The notes under the pieces were generated by a model that was not told where the DNA came from, searched no databases, and saw only the letters and a list, made by a program, of their open reading frames with translations. A DNA stretch of 64,000 nt from an uncultured Bacillota bacterium (lineage in GTDB: Bacteria; Bacillota; DTU025; MWDF01), in contig CAWGMK010000013.1 of the NCBI GenBank assembly GCA_963823655.1, positions 64,001-128,000 of the forward strand, written 5' to 3'. Position 1 is the stretch's first letter; each line of letters opens with the position of its first letter. Positions 30,273 through 39,928 of this stretch are shown one piece after another. The position numbers and the translations under genes are program-made.

Positions 30273-31848
30273 TTATGCCTTAGGGCCTGCTGCGAGTATC
30301 TCGGCGGTCGCATCCTTAAACCTCGAGAAGTTCTTGACGAACCTTGCTGCAAGGTCCTTGGCCGTTTTATCGTAGGCATCCTTGTCGGCCCAGGTGTTCC
30401 TCGCGTCGAGCAGGTGCGAAGGCACATCATTGCAGCTTGTCGGCACCCATACATTGAAGATCGGATGGAGCTTAAACTCGGCTTTGCACAGTGAACCGTC
30501 CAGAATCGCCGTAATGATCGCCCTGGTAAGCGCAATATCCATCCTCTTGCCAACGCCATAAGAGCCGCCTGACCAGCCAGTATTAACCAGCCATACGGTA
30601 GAGCCGTGGTGCCTGACCCTGTCAGAGAGCATCTCTGCGTATTTGACCGGCGACAGGGGAAGGAACGGTTCACCGAAGCAGCTTGAGAAGGTGGTTTGAG
30701 GTTCCACAATCCCGCGCTCCGTGCCCGCAAGCTTCGAAGTATAGCCGCTCATGAAATGATAGCTGGCCATGTTCGGATCAAGCTTTGCCACAGGAGGCAA
30801 CACGCCGAATGCATCGGCGGTAAGGAAGATGACGGCCTTGGGATGACCACCCACGCTGGGCATCACGGCTCCCGGTATATAGTCGAGGGGATATGCGCCC
30901 CTGGTATTCTCCGTAAGTGCCTCGGAATCGTAATCGGCGATCCTGCTTTCGTCGTCAATTATTACATTCTCCAAGACGGAGCCGAATTTCAGGGCGTCCC
31001 AGATCTGAGGCTCCTTCTCCTTTGAGAGCTTGATCATCTTGGCGTAGCAGCCGCCCTCGAAGTTGAATATGCCCTCCTCGGACCAGCCATGTTCATCATC
31101 GCCAATGAGCTGACGTTTGGGGTCGGCCGAAAGCGTCGTTTTACCGGTGCCCGAAAGCCCGAAGAAGAGAGCAGTATCGCCCGATTTGCCCATATTGGCA
31201 GAGCAGTGCATGGAGAAAACGTTGCTCTTGGGCATAAGGTAATTCATAACGGAGAAAATTGACTTCTTCATCTCGCCCGCGTATTGCGAACCGGCGATTA
31301 GCACCAGTCTGCGCTTGAAATTGAGCATTATTGCCGCTTCCGAGTTTGTGCCATCGGTCTTTGGATCGCACAGGAAGCTCGGTGCGCAAATTACTGTGAA
31401 CTTCGGCTCGAAGGTCTTGAGCTGCTCAGCGGTGGGCCTTATGAAAAGCTGCTTTACGAATAAGTTCTGCCAGGCGAACTCGTTAATGAAGCGGACAGGC
31501 AAAGTATGCTTGGGATCGGCGCCGCAGAAACAATCCGCTACATATGCCGGGCGTGTTGACATGAATGCTTGTACTTTCTCCAGTATGCTATCGAAATTCC
31601 CTTCGCTGATCGGGCGCGTTGATTTTGCCCCATGCTATCTCGTGCTTCGAAGTCTCCTCTTCGACAAGGAACTTGTCGTTGGGGGACCTTCCCGTATACT
31701 TGCCTGTGCTGACTACAAGAGAGCCCGTGGACGACAAGTAACCCTCCTTATTGGCAAGTGCGTGTTCAACCAGCAGCGGTGCTGACAGGTTGTGGAAGAG
31801 CTTCGAGCACTTAATCCTGCCAATGCTCGAATCGAAAGCCGAATGCAT
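30273..31848 (-). CDS. pckA: Phosphoenolpyruvate carboxykinase (ATP); frameshift near 31610
   Basis: TGRSPNDK, YAGEMKK, MHCSAN, FFGLSGTGKTTLS, LIGDDEHGW and NFEGGCYAK. Confidence 0.93.
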
Positions 31849-31995
31849 GTGAACGCCTCCCTAATTTGTATTCTGTATACACCTAATTATATCCAAGCTG
31901 ATATTTTTTCGGAAGTGCGTTTATAATATTAAGTAGCGGCAAAGTGCGCGATTGGTGCATTGTCCGCATATAAGTACAATGCGAGGTGTGCGTGA

Positions 31996-32881
31996 TTGAT
32001 TAAGACTAATAAGGATAAAGTCGTGATGATAAGCGTCCAGGGAGCAGTGGCCCCGCCGGTCAGAAGGCTTGACTACAGGGTATCGGCGGCAGGAGAGCCA
32101 TTCGTCCTGCCCGGCACCGGAGGGTATTACATACAATGTCCTGGTAGGGGACCCGTGTTTCGGCTGGGCCGGGGATCATGTGGAGCCGGGCGTATCCACT
32201 TGCGCTGATACGGAAAAGCGCTCAGAAGGTAAGAACGCCGGGTACAACACATATGCTTGCATAGGAAACACCGCCAGGGTCATTTCCGGCGATGCCAAGG
32301 GCGCCGAGGGCTTCGTTGTCGGGCATCATGGTGGCATAGAGCACGTTATGATCGATTTCCCCCAGGATGTCATGGAGAAGATGGTCATAGACGATAAAAT
32401 CCTGGTAAAAGGATATGGGCAGGGTCTGGAGCTTACGGATTACCCGAGCGTTATGGCAATGAACCTTGATCCCGGCCTTCTGGACAAGATGGGCATAACA
32501 GAGAAGGGCGGGGTTCTAAATGTACCCGTAGCGATGGAGATACCGGCAAAACTGATGGGCTCCGGGCTGGGCATGGGTAACTGCTACAGCGGCGACTACG
32601 ACATCACGACTACGGATAAGAAGCTAATAGCCGAGCTTGGCATAGATAAACTGAGATTTGGGGACATAGTCGCGATAACTGACGCGGACAACAGGTTCGG
32701 CAGGTCGTATCTGACAGGTGCAGTCAGCATCGGAGTCGTCGTCCATAGCGATTGCCTTATAGCAGGACACGGCCCGGGCGTCGCAACGCTGCTGACGGAC
32801 ATAGAAGGCAAGATCAAACCGGTAATCAAGAAAGGCGCGAACGTCGGGGCGTATCTTGGTGCAGGAAGGTACCGCAAGTAA
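31996..32881 (+). CDS. DUF4438 family protein (frameshift near 32125)
   Basis: MIKTNKDKVV, PGTGGI(T)YN, GDHVEPGVS, ACIGN, GHHGG, GSGLG, GDYDI and GHGPG. Confidence 0.8.
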
Positions 32882-32896
32882 GCGGAGGTGCAATTT

Positions 32897-33364
32897 ATGA
32901 ACAGAAGGAACATTGCGGCCCTGGTATTGGCCATACTAATCGTAGCAGGTGCTGCCGTGGCGTCGACCAAGTTCTTCTATTTGAGCGCGGACTTAAACTC
33001 GGATGTAAGCCTGACAAAGGGCGAACTCGCTGCTTTGCAGCTTACCGCATATTACAACAACACGGGCTCGCTTACTAGCAGGCTTGTAAGGCAGAGCGTA
33101 AGGGCGATTTTGGGGCCCATGTCGCTGGATGTGTTCGTTGACACTTATGCCCAGGAGGGATGGCCTGTGCACAAAGGCGGCACGGAGTTTTCCATATCGG
33201 ATGCCGAAGTCATAATGGCGTATATGGAAGCGGGCGAGGCCGTATTAGGCTGGGTTAACAGGTATTTTCCGGACATAAGCGCCAGGGCGGTGAACGTGGT
33301 ATTTACGATAAAGGGCTTTAAACTGGGAGTCTACCAGCAAGGCAAGTTCATTTTGGAGAAATAG
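32897..33364 (+). CDS. Secreted hypothetical protein
   Basis: GGAGG RBS and signal peptide; followed by a terminator. Confidence 0.6.
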   Translation: MNRRNIAALVLAILIVAGAAVASTKFFYLSADLNSDVSLTKGELAALQLTAYYNNTGSLTSRLVRQSVRAILGPMSLDVFVDTYAQEGWPVHKGGTEFSISDAEVIMAYMEAGEAVLGWVNRYFPDISARAVNVVFTIKGFKLGVYQQGKFILEK

Positions 33365-33394
33365 GGGAGGCGGGAGAGCCTCCCTTTCTTTTTC
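33365..33394 (+). terminator. Rho-independent terminator
   Basis: GGGAGGC-GGGAGA-GCCTCCC then TTTCTTTTT. Confidence 0.8.
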
Positions 33395-33467
33395 TGCAGG
33401 TTTGCAGGAATGAGAAGGCATCTGGATGAATAACAGGCATAAGGGTTAACCCGGGAGGTGACTTGCC

Positions 33468-34241
33468 GTGAGGATGATAGACCTTAACAGCGATGTTGGA
33501 AAATCCTTCGGTGCTTTTACCAAAGGTTGCGACAGAAGCGTTCTTAAATCGGTTACCAGCGCAAATATAGCTTGCGGCTTCCACGCAGGAGATGCCGGAG
33601 TAATGGGCAGGACCATGTCCGTTTGCAGGCAGCTTGGCGTAAGGCCCGGGGCTCACCCCGGATATCCGGACATGCAGGGTTTCGGCAGGCGTGAGATTTC
33701 GGCATCCGCCGACGAGATAGAAGGCTATGTGCTATATCAGCTGGGGGCTTTGGAGGCTTTCGCAAGGGCCGAGGGGATGAAACTCAACCACGTCAAACCA
33801 CATGGCGCCCTGTACAACAGGGCTGCTAAGGACGAGGCTGCGGCCGTAGCAATAGCCAAAGCGGTGAAGTCATTCGACCCCGGTTTGATAATAGTAGGCC
33901 TTGCGAATTCGCTTATGCTGGACATAACTAGAAGCATGGGCCTTCGCGCCGCAGCTGAGGCTTTCGCAGACCGCGCCTATAATCCGGACGGGTCATTGGT
34001 ACCCAGGGTGGTGCCAGGCTCGGTAATCCACGACAGGGAGCAAGTCGTGGCAAGGGCGGTCAGGATGGCTTCCGAGGGCATAGTGCTCGGGGTGGACGGA
34101 CTGCCTATCAAGTTGGAGATAACGACGATTTGCCTGCATGGGGACACTGAAGGCGCAGCTATGCTGGCACATGAGATAAAAGAAGCGATAATTGGCCTCG
34201 GGGTGAAGCTTGCCCCGATGGATTTGGTTCTGGGAGGTTAG
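33468..34241 (+). CDS. pxpA: 5-oxoprolinase subunit A (LamB/YcsF)
   Basis: IDLNSD, SANIACGFHAGD, HVKPHGALYN, FADRAY and CLHGD. Confidence 0.92.
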   Translation: MRMIDLNSDVGKSFGAFTKGCDRSVLKSVTSANIACGFHAGDAGVMGRTMSVCRQLGVRPGAHPGYPDMQGFGRREISASADEIEGYVLYQLGALEAFARAEGMKLNHVKPHGALYNRAAKDEAAAVAIAKAVKSFDPGLIIVGLANSLMLDITRSMGLRAAAEAFADRAYNPDGSLVPRVVPGSVIHDREQVVARAVRMASEGIVLGVDGLPIKLEITTICLHGDTEGAAMLAHEIKEAIIGLGVKLAPMDLVLGG

Positions 34242-34244
34242 GAA

Positions 34245-35048
34245 ATGCAAGATTTCAGGAAAGCCTCACCTGGCGAGGTAAGGCTTGCGGCGCGTAAAGG
34301 CCTGCTTACCGGGCAGACTTCAGGGATGGCGGAAGGCTTTGTGCAGGCAAATCTCGCAATAATACCAGGAAAACTTGCCTATGACTTCCTGCTGTTCTGC
34401 GTAAGAAACCCGAAATCCTGTCCTTTGATCGAAGTAGGAAGCAAAGGTGATTACCTGACCAAGTTCATCGCCGATGGGGCCGACATAAGAACGGACATTC
34501 CAGGATACAGGGTTTATAGGAACGGCGTGCTCTCTGAAGAGCCTAACGATCTGCTAAATCTATGGCAGGAGGACTTCGTATATTTTCTTATCGGCTGCAG
34601 CTTCTCCTTCGAAAGGAGGCTGCTTCAGGGCGGCGTTCCCGTCAGGCATATAGAGCTTGGAAGCAATGTGCCCATGTATATCACGAACATTCAAAGCAGG
34701 CCTGCCGGGATCTTTCATGGCCCAATGGTGGTGAGCATGCGCCCCATTCCCGGAAGGCTGGTGCCTCGCGCAGTAGAGATAACCTCCAGGCTTCCTTCGG
34801 TCCACGGCTCGCCGGTGCATATAGGAGATCCATCTGCAATTGGCATCATGGACCTTTCAAAGACCGACTTCGGAGAGCCGGTCCCAGTGCTTCCGGGCGA
34901 GGTCCCCGTTTTCTGGGCGTGCGGGGTGACGCCCCAGGCGGCAGCGCTGGCAACGAAGCCGGAGATCATGATTACCCACAGCCCCGGCCATATGTTCGTG
35001 GGGGATATTAAAGACGACAGGATACAGGAGTTCATATACGGGGCTTAG
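34245..35048 (+). CDS. Putative hydro-lyase YcsI / DUF1445 (D-glutamate cyclase-like)
   Basis: QANL, FCVRNPKSCP, IGCSFSFE, VVSMRP, FWACGVTPQ and THSPGHM. Confidence 0.88.
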   Translation: MQDFRKASPGEVRLAARKGLLTGQTSGMAEGFVQANLAIIPGKLAYDFLLFCVRNPKSCPLIEVGSKGDYLTKFIADGADIRTDIPGYRVYRNGVLSEEPNDLLNLWQEDFVYFLIGCSFSFERRLLQGGVPVRHIELGSNVPMYITNIQSRPAGIFHGPMVVSMRPIPGRLVPRAVEITSRLPSVHGSPVHIGDPSAIGIMDLSKTDFGEPVPVLPGEVPVFWACGVTPQAAALATKPEIMITHSPGHMFVGDIKDDRIQEFIYGA

Positions 35049-35058
35049 GAGCGGACAA

Positions 35059-35790
35059 TTGGAATACAACCTTGTAACCCATTCCTCCGATAATTCGATA
35101 GTGATTAGGTTCCAGGAGGAGATCAGCCCTGAGATAGCCGCCAAAGTCAGGCAGACGGCCCAAGCTTTAAGGGGGGCCGGCCTGGACTGGATTTCGGATA
35201 TCGTGCCTTCATATTGCGAGATTATGGTCAATTACGACGCAAGGCGTGTTGCTCCGGCCGCAGCCCTTGCAGAGCTGAAGGCCGTAGTTGATAATGCCGC
35301 ATCATCAGGGGCATCGAAAGCACGCCTTGTGAGGATACCGGTCTGCTACGGCGGGGAATTCGGGCCTGATATGGGCTTCGTGGCGGAATATACGGGGATT
35401 TCAGAGGACGAGCTGATACAAATACACTCGGCGCCGAGGTACTTGACCTACATGATAGGCTTTACCATAGGTTTTCCGTATCTTGGCGGCATGGATGCCA
35501 GGCTGGCAGTCCCAAGGCTTGAGGTCCCCAGGCAGAAAGTGCCCGCGGGTTCGGTAGGGATAGCCGGCAAACAGACGGGCATTTACTCGCTCGATTCGCC
35601 GGGCGGTTGGCAGATAATCGGCAGGAGCCCAATTAAGCTGGTGGACATTACGAAAATGCCCCCGGCGGTGCTCTCAGCGGGGGACTACCTGCAATTCTAC
35701 CCGATCGACAAGGCCGAATTCCAAAGAATCCTGGCCCTTTCCGAGCAACGGGCTTACGCTCTTGAATCCTCAGATTGCGAGGGCCTCTAG
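35059..35790 (+). CDS. pxpB: 5-oxoprolinase subunit B (KipI)
   Basis: IPVCYGGEFGPD, GFTIGFPYLGG, GSVGIAG and SPGGWQIIG. Confidence 0.9.
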   Translation: MEYNLVTHSSDNSIVIRFQEEISPEIAAKVRQTAQALRGAGLDWISDIVPSYCEIMVNYDARRVAPAAALAELKAVVDNAASSGASKARLVRIPVCYGGEFGPDMGFVAEYTGISEDELIQIHSAPRYLTYMIGFTIGFPYLGGMDARLAVPRLEVPRQKVPAGSVGIAGKQTGIYSLDSPGGWQIIGRSPIKLVDITKMPPAVLSAGDYLQFYPIDKAEFQRILALSEQRAYALESSDCEGL

Positions 35791-35791
35791 A

Positions 35792-36826
35792 ATGGGCAGC
35801 GAAGCGATGAGAATCCTGAAGCCCGGGCCGCTTTGTACAGTGCAGGATCTTGGCAGGAAGGGCTCGATGGCCTGGGGGGTGCCCGAATCGGGGGCGGCGG
35901 ATGAATGCTCGCTGCGCATCGCCAACCTGCTATGTGGCAATGGACCGAAAGAAGCCGGCCTGGAATGCACCATGGGAGGATTTGAGGCTGAGTTTTCGGC
36001 AGAAATCGTCTTCGCTATATCGGGCGCACCTGCGAGCGTGATTCTAAACGGGGCGGAAATTCGTTTGAACACTGCTTATAGGGCAGGCGCCGGAGCGATT
36101 TTATCCATAGGTGCGCCCAGGGCAGGCGCCAGGGATTATATTGCCCTTCAGGGGGGAATCGACGTACCCGAAGTGCTCGGCTCAAGGTCCACTTATCTGA
36201 AGGCCGGGCTTGGAGGGTATGAGGGAAGGGCGCTTCGTTCAGGCGATGTTTTAATGACGAAGAACATTACCCGGCCTGCTGTGATCCTGGCCTGCAAGGA
36301 AGGTTACCTTTCACCGTCGATGGAGAGAGAAGAGCACGGTATATGCCTTCTGAGGGTGCTTCGAGGGACTATGGATGAGAAGTTCGAAGAAGGCGCCATC
36401 GAGGGGTTGGCCAGTGCCATCTATCAGGTGTCTTCCAATTGCGACAGGATGGGCATCCGCCTCACGGGACCCAAAGTGGCGCATAAAGACCGCGCAGACA
36501 TAATCTCAGGCGGAATCGAATCTGGGGCGGTTCAGGTGCCGGGCTCGGGCGAGCCGATAATACTGATGGCTGACAGGCAGACAACCGGAGGATACACCAA
36601 GGCTTTCTCAGTAATCTCAGCGGACAGGCCGAAGCTGGGCCAGCTGAGGCCCGGGGATAAGGTAGCCTTCAGGATTGTTGGCATAGAAGAAGCGGTAGAA
36701 GCTTTAAAGAAGCTGGATAGATCGATTTCCGAATGCCTTTCGGCGAGTGCCGACCGGAAGTCCAGGTCCTTTGCCATTACTTTGAATGGCGCAAGGTATT
36801 TGGCCGAAGTGGAGGAGATCATATGA
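35792..36826 (+). CDS. pxpC: 5-oxoprolinase subunit C (KipA)
   Basis: TVQDLGR, LGSRST, DRMGIRL, GAVQVP and DRQTTGGY. Confidence 0.9.
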   Translation: MGSEAMRILKPGPLCTVQDLGRKGSMAWGVPESGAADECSLRIANLLCGNGPKEAGLECTMGGFEAEFSAEIVFAISGAPASVILNGAEIRLNTAYRAGAGAILSIGAPRAGARDYIALQGGIDVPEVLGSRSTYLKAGLGGYEGRALRSGDVLMTKNITRPAVILACKEGYLSPSMEREEHGICLLRVLRGTMDEKFEEGAIEGLASAIYQVSSNCDRMGIRLTGPKVAHKDRADIISGGIESGAVQVPGSGEPIILMADRQTTGGYTKAFSVISADRPKLGQLRPGDKVAFRIVGIEEAVEALKKLDRSISECLSASADRKSRSFAITLNGARYLAEVEEII

Positions 36827-37572
36827 GCATCCTTGAGACAACTGGCAAGATGATGATCTACGCACACAGGGGCGCGAGCGGTGCGGCGCCCGAGAATACC
36901 TTGGCGGCTTTCGAACAGGCGGTAGAGAAGGGCGCCGACGGGATCGAGCTTGATGTACACCTGAGCGCCGACGGGAAAGTCATAGTAATACACGATGCGA
37001 GGATAGACAGGACTTCAAACGGGACCGGCGAAGTCGCCTATATGAACTACTCGGAGCTATTAAAGTACGATATGGCGGCCAAGTGGAAGGGAAGCAGATG
37101 GGAACCTCAAAGGATACCCCTGTTAGACGAGGTTATTGACGTCTCCCTCTCATCCGGATTACTGCTGAATATTGAGCTTAAGGGGGGCAAAGCAAGCCCC
37201 AACCTTGCTGAAGAGACGATAAAGATAATAAGAGGAAGAGGGATAGAAGACAGGGTGATCCTTTCTTCATTCGATATCGATCAGCTCAGAAGGGCAAGGC
37301 TGGCGCTTCCGACCTCAAGGAGGGCACTTATATCATTCTTCCCGCCGCAGCCATCCCTAGGCGTTGCGGAGGACCTGTGGGGGTGCCATCCCAATCACTC
37401 ACTGACTACGAAGGCGTCTATCAACAGATGGCAATCATCAAACATGCACGTCCAACTTTGGACCGTAAACAGCAAAGATGCGATCCTAAGGGCACTCAGG
37501 CTGGGCGTAGACGGGATTATCACTAACCACCCGGCCCTTGCCGTGACAATCAGGCAGGGCAAGATAAAGTAG
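36823..37572 (+). CDS. Glycerophosphodiester phosphodiesterase
   Basis: AHRGASG.APENT, IELDV, IHD, NIELK, WTVN and GIITN. Confidence 0.9.
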   Translation: MSILETTGKMMIYAHRGASGAAPENTLAAFEQAVEKGADGIELDVHLSADGKVIVIHDARIDRTSNGTGEVAYMNYSELLKYDMAAKWKGSRWEPQRIPLLDEVIDVSLSSGLLLNIELKGGKASPNLAEETIKIIRGRGIEDRVILSSFDIDQLRRARLALPTSRRALISFFPPQPSLGVAEDLWGCHPNHSLTTKASINRWQSSNMHVQLWTVNSKDAILRALRLGVDGIITNHPALAVTIRQGKIK

Positions 37573-37595
37573 AAGAAGGAAAGCGGGGCGTCGTT

Positions 37596-38816
37596 ATGAA
37601 GATCGATTACAAGAGGCTGCTGCTACTAGGGCTCGGTTTCATGTCAATTTCGCTGTCATGGGCCGTATACAATGCCTTCGTGCCCATTTTCCTGGATGAG
37701 GCGCTGCCGGCCATGGCATTCAAGGGCCTGGCCATAGGCTTCATAATGACGCTCGATAATATCGCAAGCATAACCTTGCAGCCATTCTTCTCAGCAAGGT
37801 CGGATTCCACTTGGAACAACTATGGCAGGAGGCTGCCTTACCTGCTAATCGGAATGCCCATTGCGGCAGTCGCCATTACGATCATTCCGATATTCAGGGA
37901 CAACCTCGGCATAATGATCACATCCATACTAGCCATGAATATCTCGATGGCCGTATTCAGGGCCCCGACCGTGGCCTTGATGCCCGACATAACCCCGGTG
38001 GAGCAGAGGTCGAAGGCAAACGGGGTCATAAACCTAATGGGGGGCCTCGGAGGGATCATCGCCTATTTCGTAGGCTCGCGCCTGTACGACATCCACCCTG
38101 TAGTGCCGTTCGCAATGGCGGGTATTGTCATGCTCCTTGTGCTCATCATACTCAAGGCATTCATCAGGGAGCCTGAGAAGGCCGAAGGAAAGACGGGCGA
38201 TGAGAAGCCTGTTAGCATCTTCGAAGCGCTCAAAGAGGCTCTGAGCCCCGAAAGAAGGAGCCTCCTGTTCCTGCTGCTTTCGATAATGTTCTGGTTCATG
38301 GGCTGGAACACCCTTGAGACTTTCTTCACGCTTTACGCGAAGAGCATCTGGCAGATAAAGAAATCAACTGCGGCGCTGTATCTGGGCATCGGCAACATCG
38401 CTTTCCTGCTGTTTGCCATACCCTCCGGTTTCTTAGGAAGCCGCTTCGGCAAGAAGGCCATAATCATGGCGGGGATAATCTGGCTTACTTGCGTAATGAC
38501 TATCATGACGCTGATAAGCTACATAGGAAAAACCGGCCTAGGCCCTGCCGTAATGGCGCTTATGATAGCTGCCGGCATAGGATGGGCGCTGATCAACATC
38601 CACTCATTCCCGATGGTCGTAGGCATGACAACAGCCGCAAGGACCGGGGCTTATACCGGCTTGTACTATTTCTTCTCGGCGACTGCCATGATTGTAGCGC
38701 CGCCGCTTTTCGGGCTGATAAGGGACATCGTCGGCAACATGTATCCGTTGTTCCCGTTCTCCGCGGTTTTCTTCCTTCTGGCCCTTTGGAGCTTCTCCAA
38801 AGTGAATGCCCAATAA
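37596..38816 (+). CDS. MFS transporter (maltose/SLC45-like)
   Basis: About 12 TM helices, SD.T...YGRRLPY and VALMPDITP..RSKANG. Confidence 0.85.
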   Translation: MKIDYKRLLLLGLGFMSISLSWAVYNAFVPIFLDEALPAMAFKGLAIGFIMTLDNIASITLQPFFSARSDSTWNNYGRRLPYLLIGMPIAAVAITIIPIFRDNLGIMITSILAMNISMAVFRAPTVALMPDITPVEQRSKANGVINLMGGLGGIIAYFVGSRLYDIHPVVPFAMAGIVMLLVLIILKAFIREPEKAEGKTGDEKPVSIFEALKEALSPERRSLLFLLLSIMFWFMGWNTLETFFTLYAKSIWQIKKSTAALYLGIGNIAFLLFAIPSGFLGSRFGKKAIIMAGIIWLTCVMTIMTLISYIGKTGLGPAVMALMIAAGIGWALINIHSFPMVVGMTTAARTGAYTGLYYFFSATAMIVAPPLFGLIRDIVGNMYPLFPFSAVFFLLALWSFSKVNAQ

Positions 38817-38855
38817 TGTATACTTATTAAGGCAAATAAATATGGGGTGGTGCAC

Positions 38856-39917
38856 ATGAAGCTTTATATTTCTCTTCTGGGCTTCGGGAAAGTAGGAAGG
38901 CAATTTGTGAAGCTGGTCAGATCCAAGGAGAAGGATATCCTCAACTGGCACGGCATAGAGGCGCAGTTCGTTGCCGTATCATCCTCAAGGGGCTTCGTCG
39001 CGGACCCGACGGGACTCGACGTGGACCTTCTTGCAGGGATGGCGATCAGGGAGGAGAATCTTGCGGAGCACCCTCACTTCACGCCTTTTGATTCTAAGAA
39101 CCGTATAGACGGCCTTCTTCCCGAGGTTTCCAGCAAGGACTGCGTAAAGATCCTGGTTGCTGCCGCATCCTCGGATTTCGCCACCGGCGAGCCGACCCTG
39201 TCGGTCATGAAAGCTGCGATTTCAAGAGGATGGCACATTGCCAGCATGGAGAAGGCGCCGCTTGTTGTCGCATTCGATGAGCTAACGGAGATGGCGAAGA
39301 AGTTCGGAGTGAAGATAAGGTATTCGGGAGCAACAGCTGCCGGCCTGCCGGCAATAGATATTGCGAAGATTTCCCTGGCAGGTGCAAAGGTGCTATCCAT
39401 AGAGGGCATACTGAACGCGACTACGAATTACGTCCTGACTTTGATGAGCGAGGATGGCGTGTCCTATGAGGAGGCCCTTTCGATGGCCCGCGCTCATGGC
39501 TATGCCGAACCCGATCCGACACGGGATGTTACTGGAATTGATACCGCCTGCAAGATCCTGCTAATTGCCAACGCGGCAATGGGATGCAGGAAGAAGTTGT
39601 CGGACGTAAAGATTACGGGCATCACCCACATAACGCCCCGGGATGTGGCGAGCTGGGCTGTGGAGCAGAGGACGCTCAAGATGATCGGCAAAGCCTGGCG
39701 CGAGGATGACGACGTGAAAATCGAAGTCTCGCCGATGGCAGTGCCGTATTACGACCTGTTTGCCAAGGTTAACGGAAGTGGCAAGGCGGTCAGGTTCGTC
39801 ACCGACCTTTTCGGAGAGCTCGTGATGACCGTGCAGGAGGGCGGACCCGTGGCTGCGGCCGGGTCGGGCTTCAAGGATGTGCTCAACATCTTCAGGGGGC
39901 TGCAGGGAAGGATTTAG
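38856..39917 (+). CDS. hom: Homoserine dehydrogenase
   Basis: GFGKVG, GILNATTNYVL, AEPDPTRDVTGID and K; no ACT domain. Confidence 0.85.
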   Translation: MKLYISLLGFGKVGRQFVKLVRSKEKDILNWHGIEAQFVAVSSSRGFVADPTGLDVDLLAGMAIREENLAEHPHFTPFDSKNRIDGLLPEVSSKDCVKILVAAASSDFATGEPTLSVMKAAISRGWHIASMEKAPLVVAFDELTEMAKKFGVKIRYSGATAAGLPAIDIAKISLAGAKVLSIEGILNATTNYVLTLMSEDGVSYEEALSMARAHGYAEPDPTRDVTGIDTACKILLIANAAMGCRKKLSDVKITGITHITPRDVASWAVEQRTLKMIGKAWREDDDVKIEVSPMAVPYYDLFAKVNGSGKAVRFVTDLFGELVMTVQEGGPVAAAGSGFKDVLNIFRGLQGRI

Positions 39918-39928
39918 CGGAGGTAATC

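Noticed and set aside
30251-30730. 159-aa alternative-frame ORF inside pckA, and similar nested ORFs such as 34562..35011
   Set aside because: Fully nested in well-supported genes, with atypical composition and no RBS.
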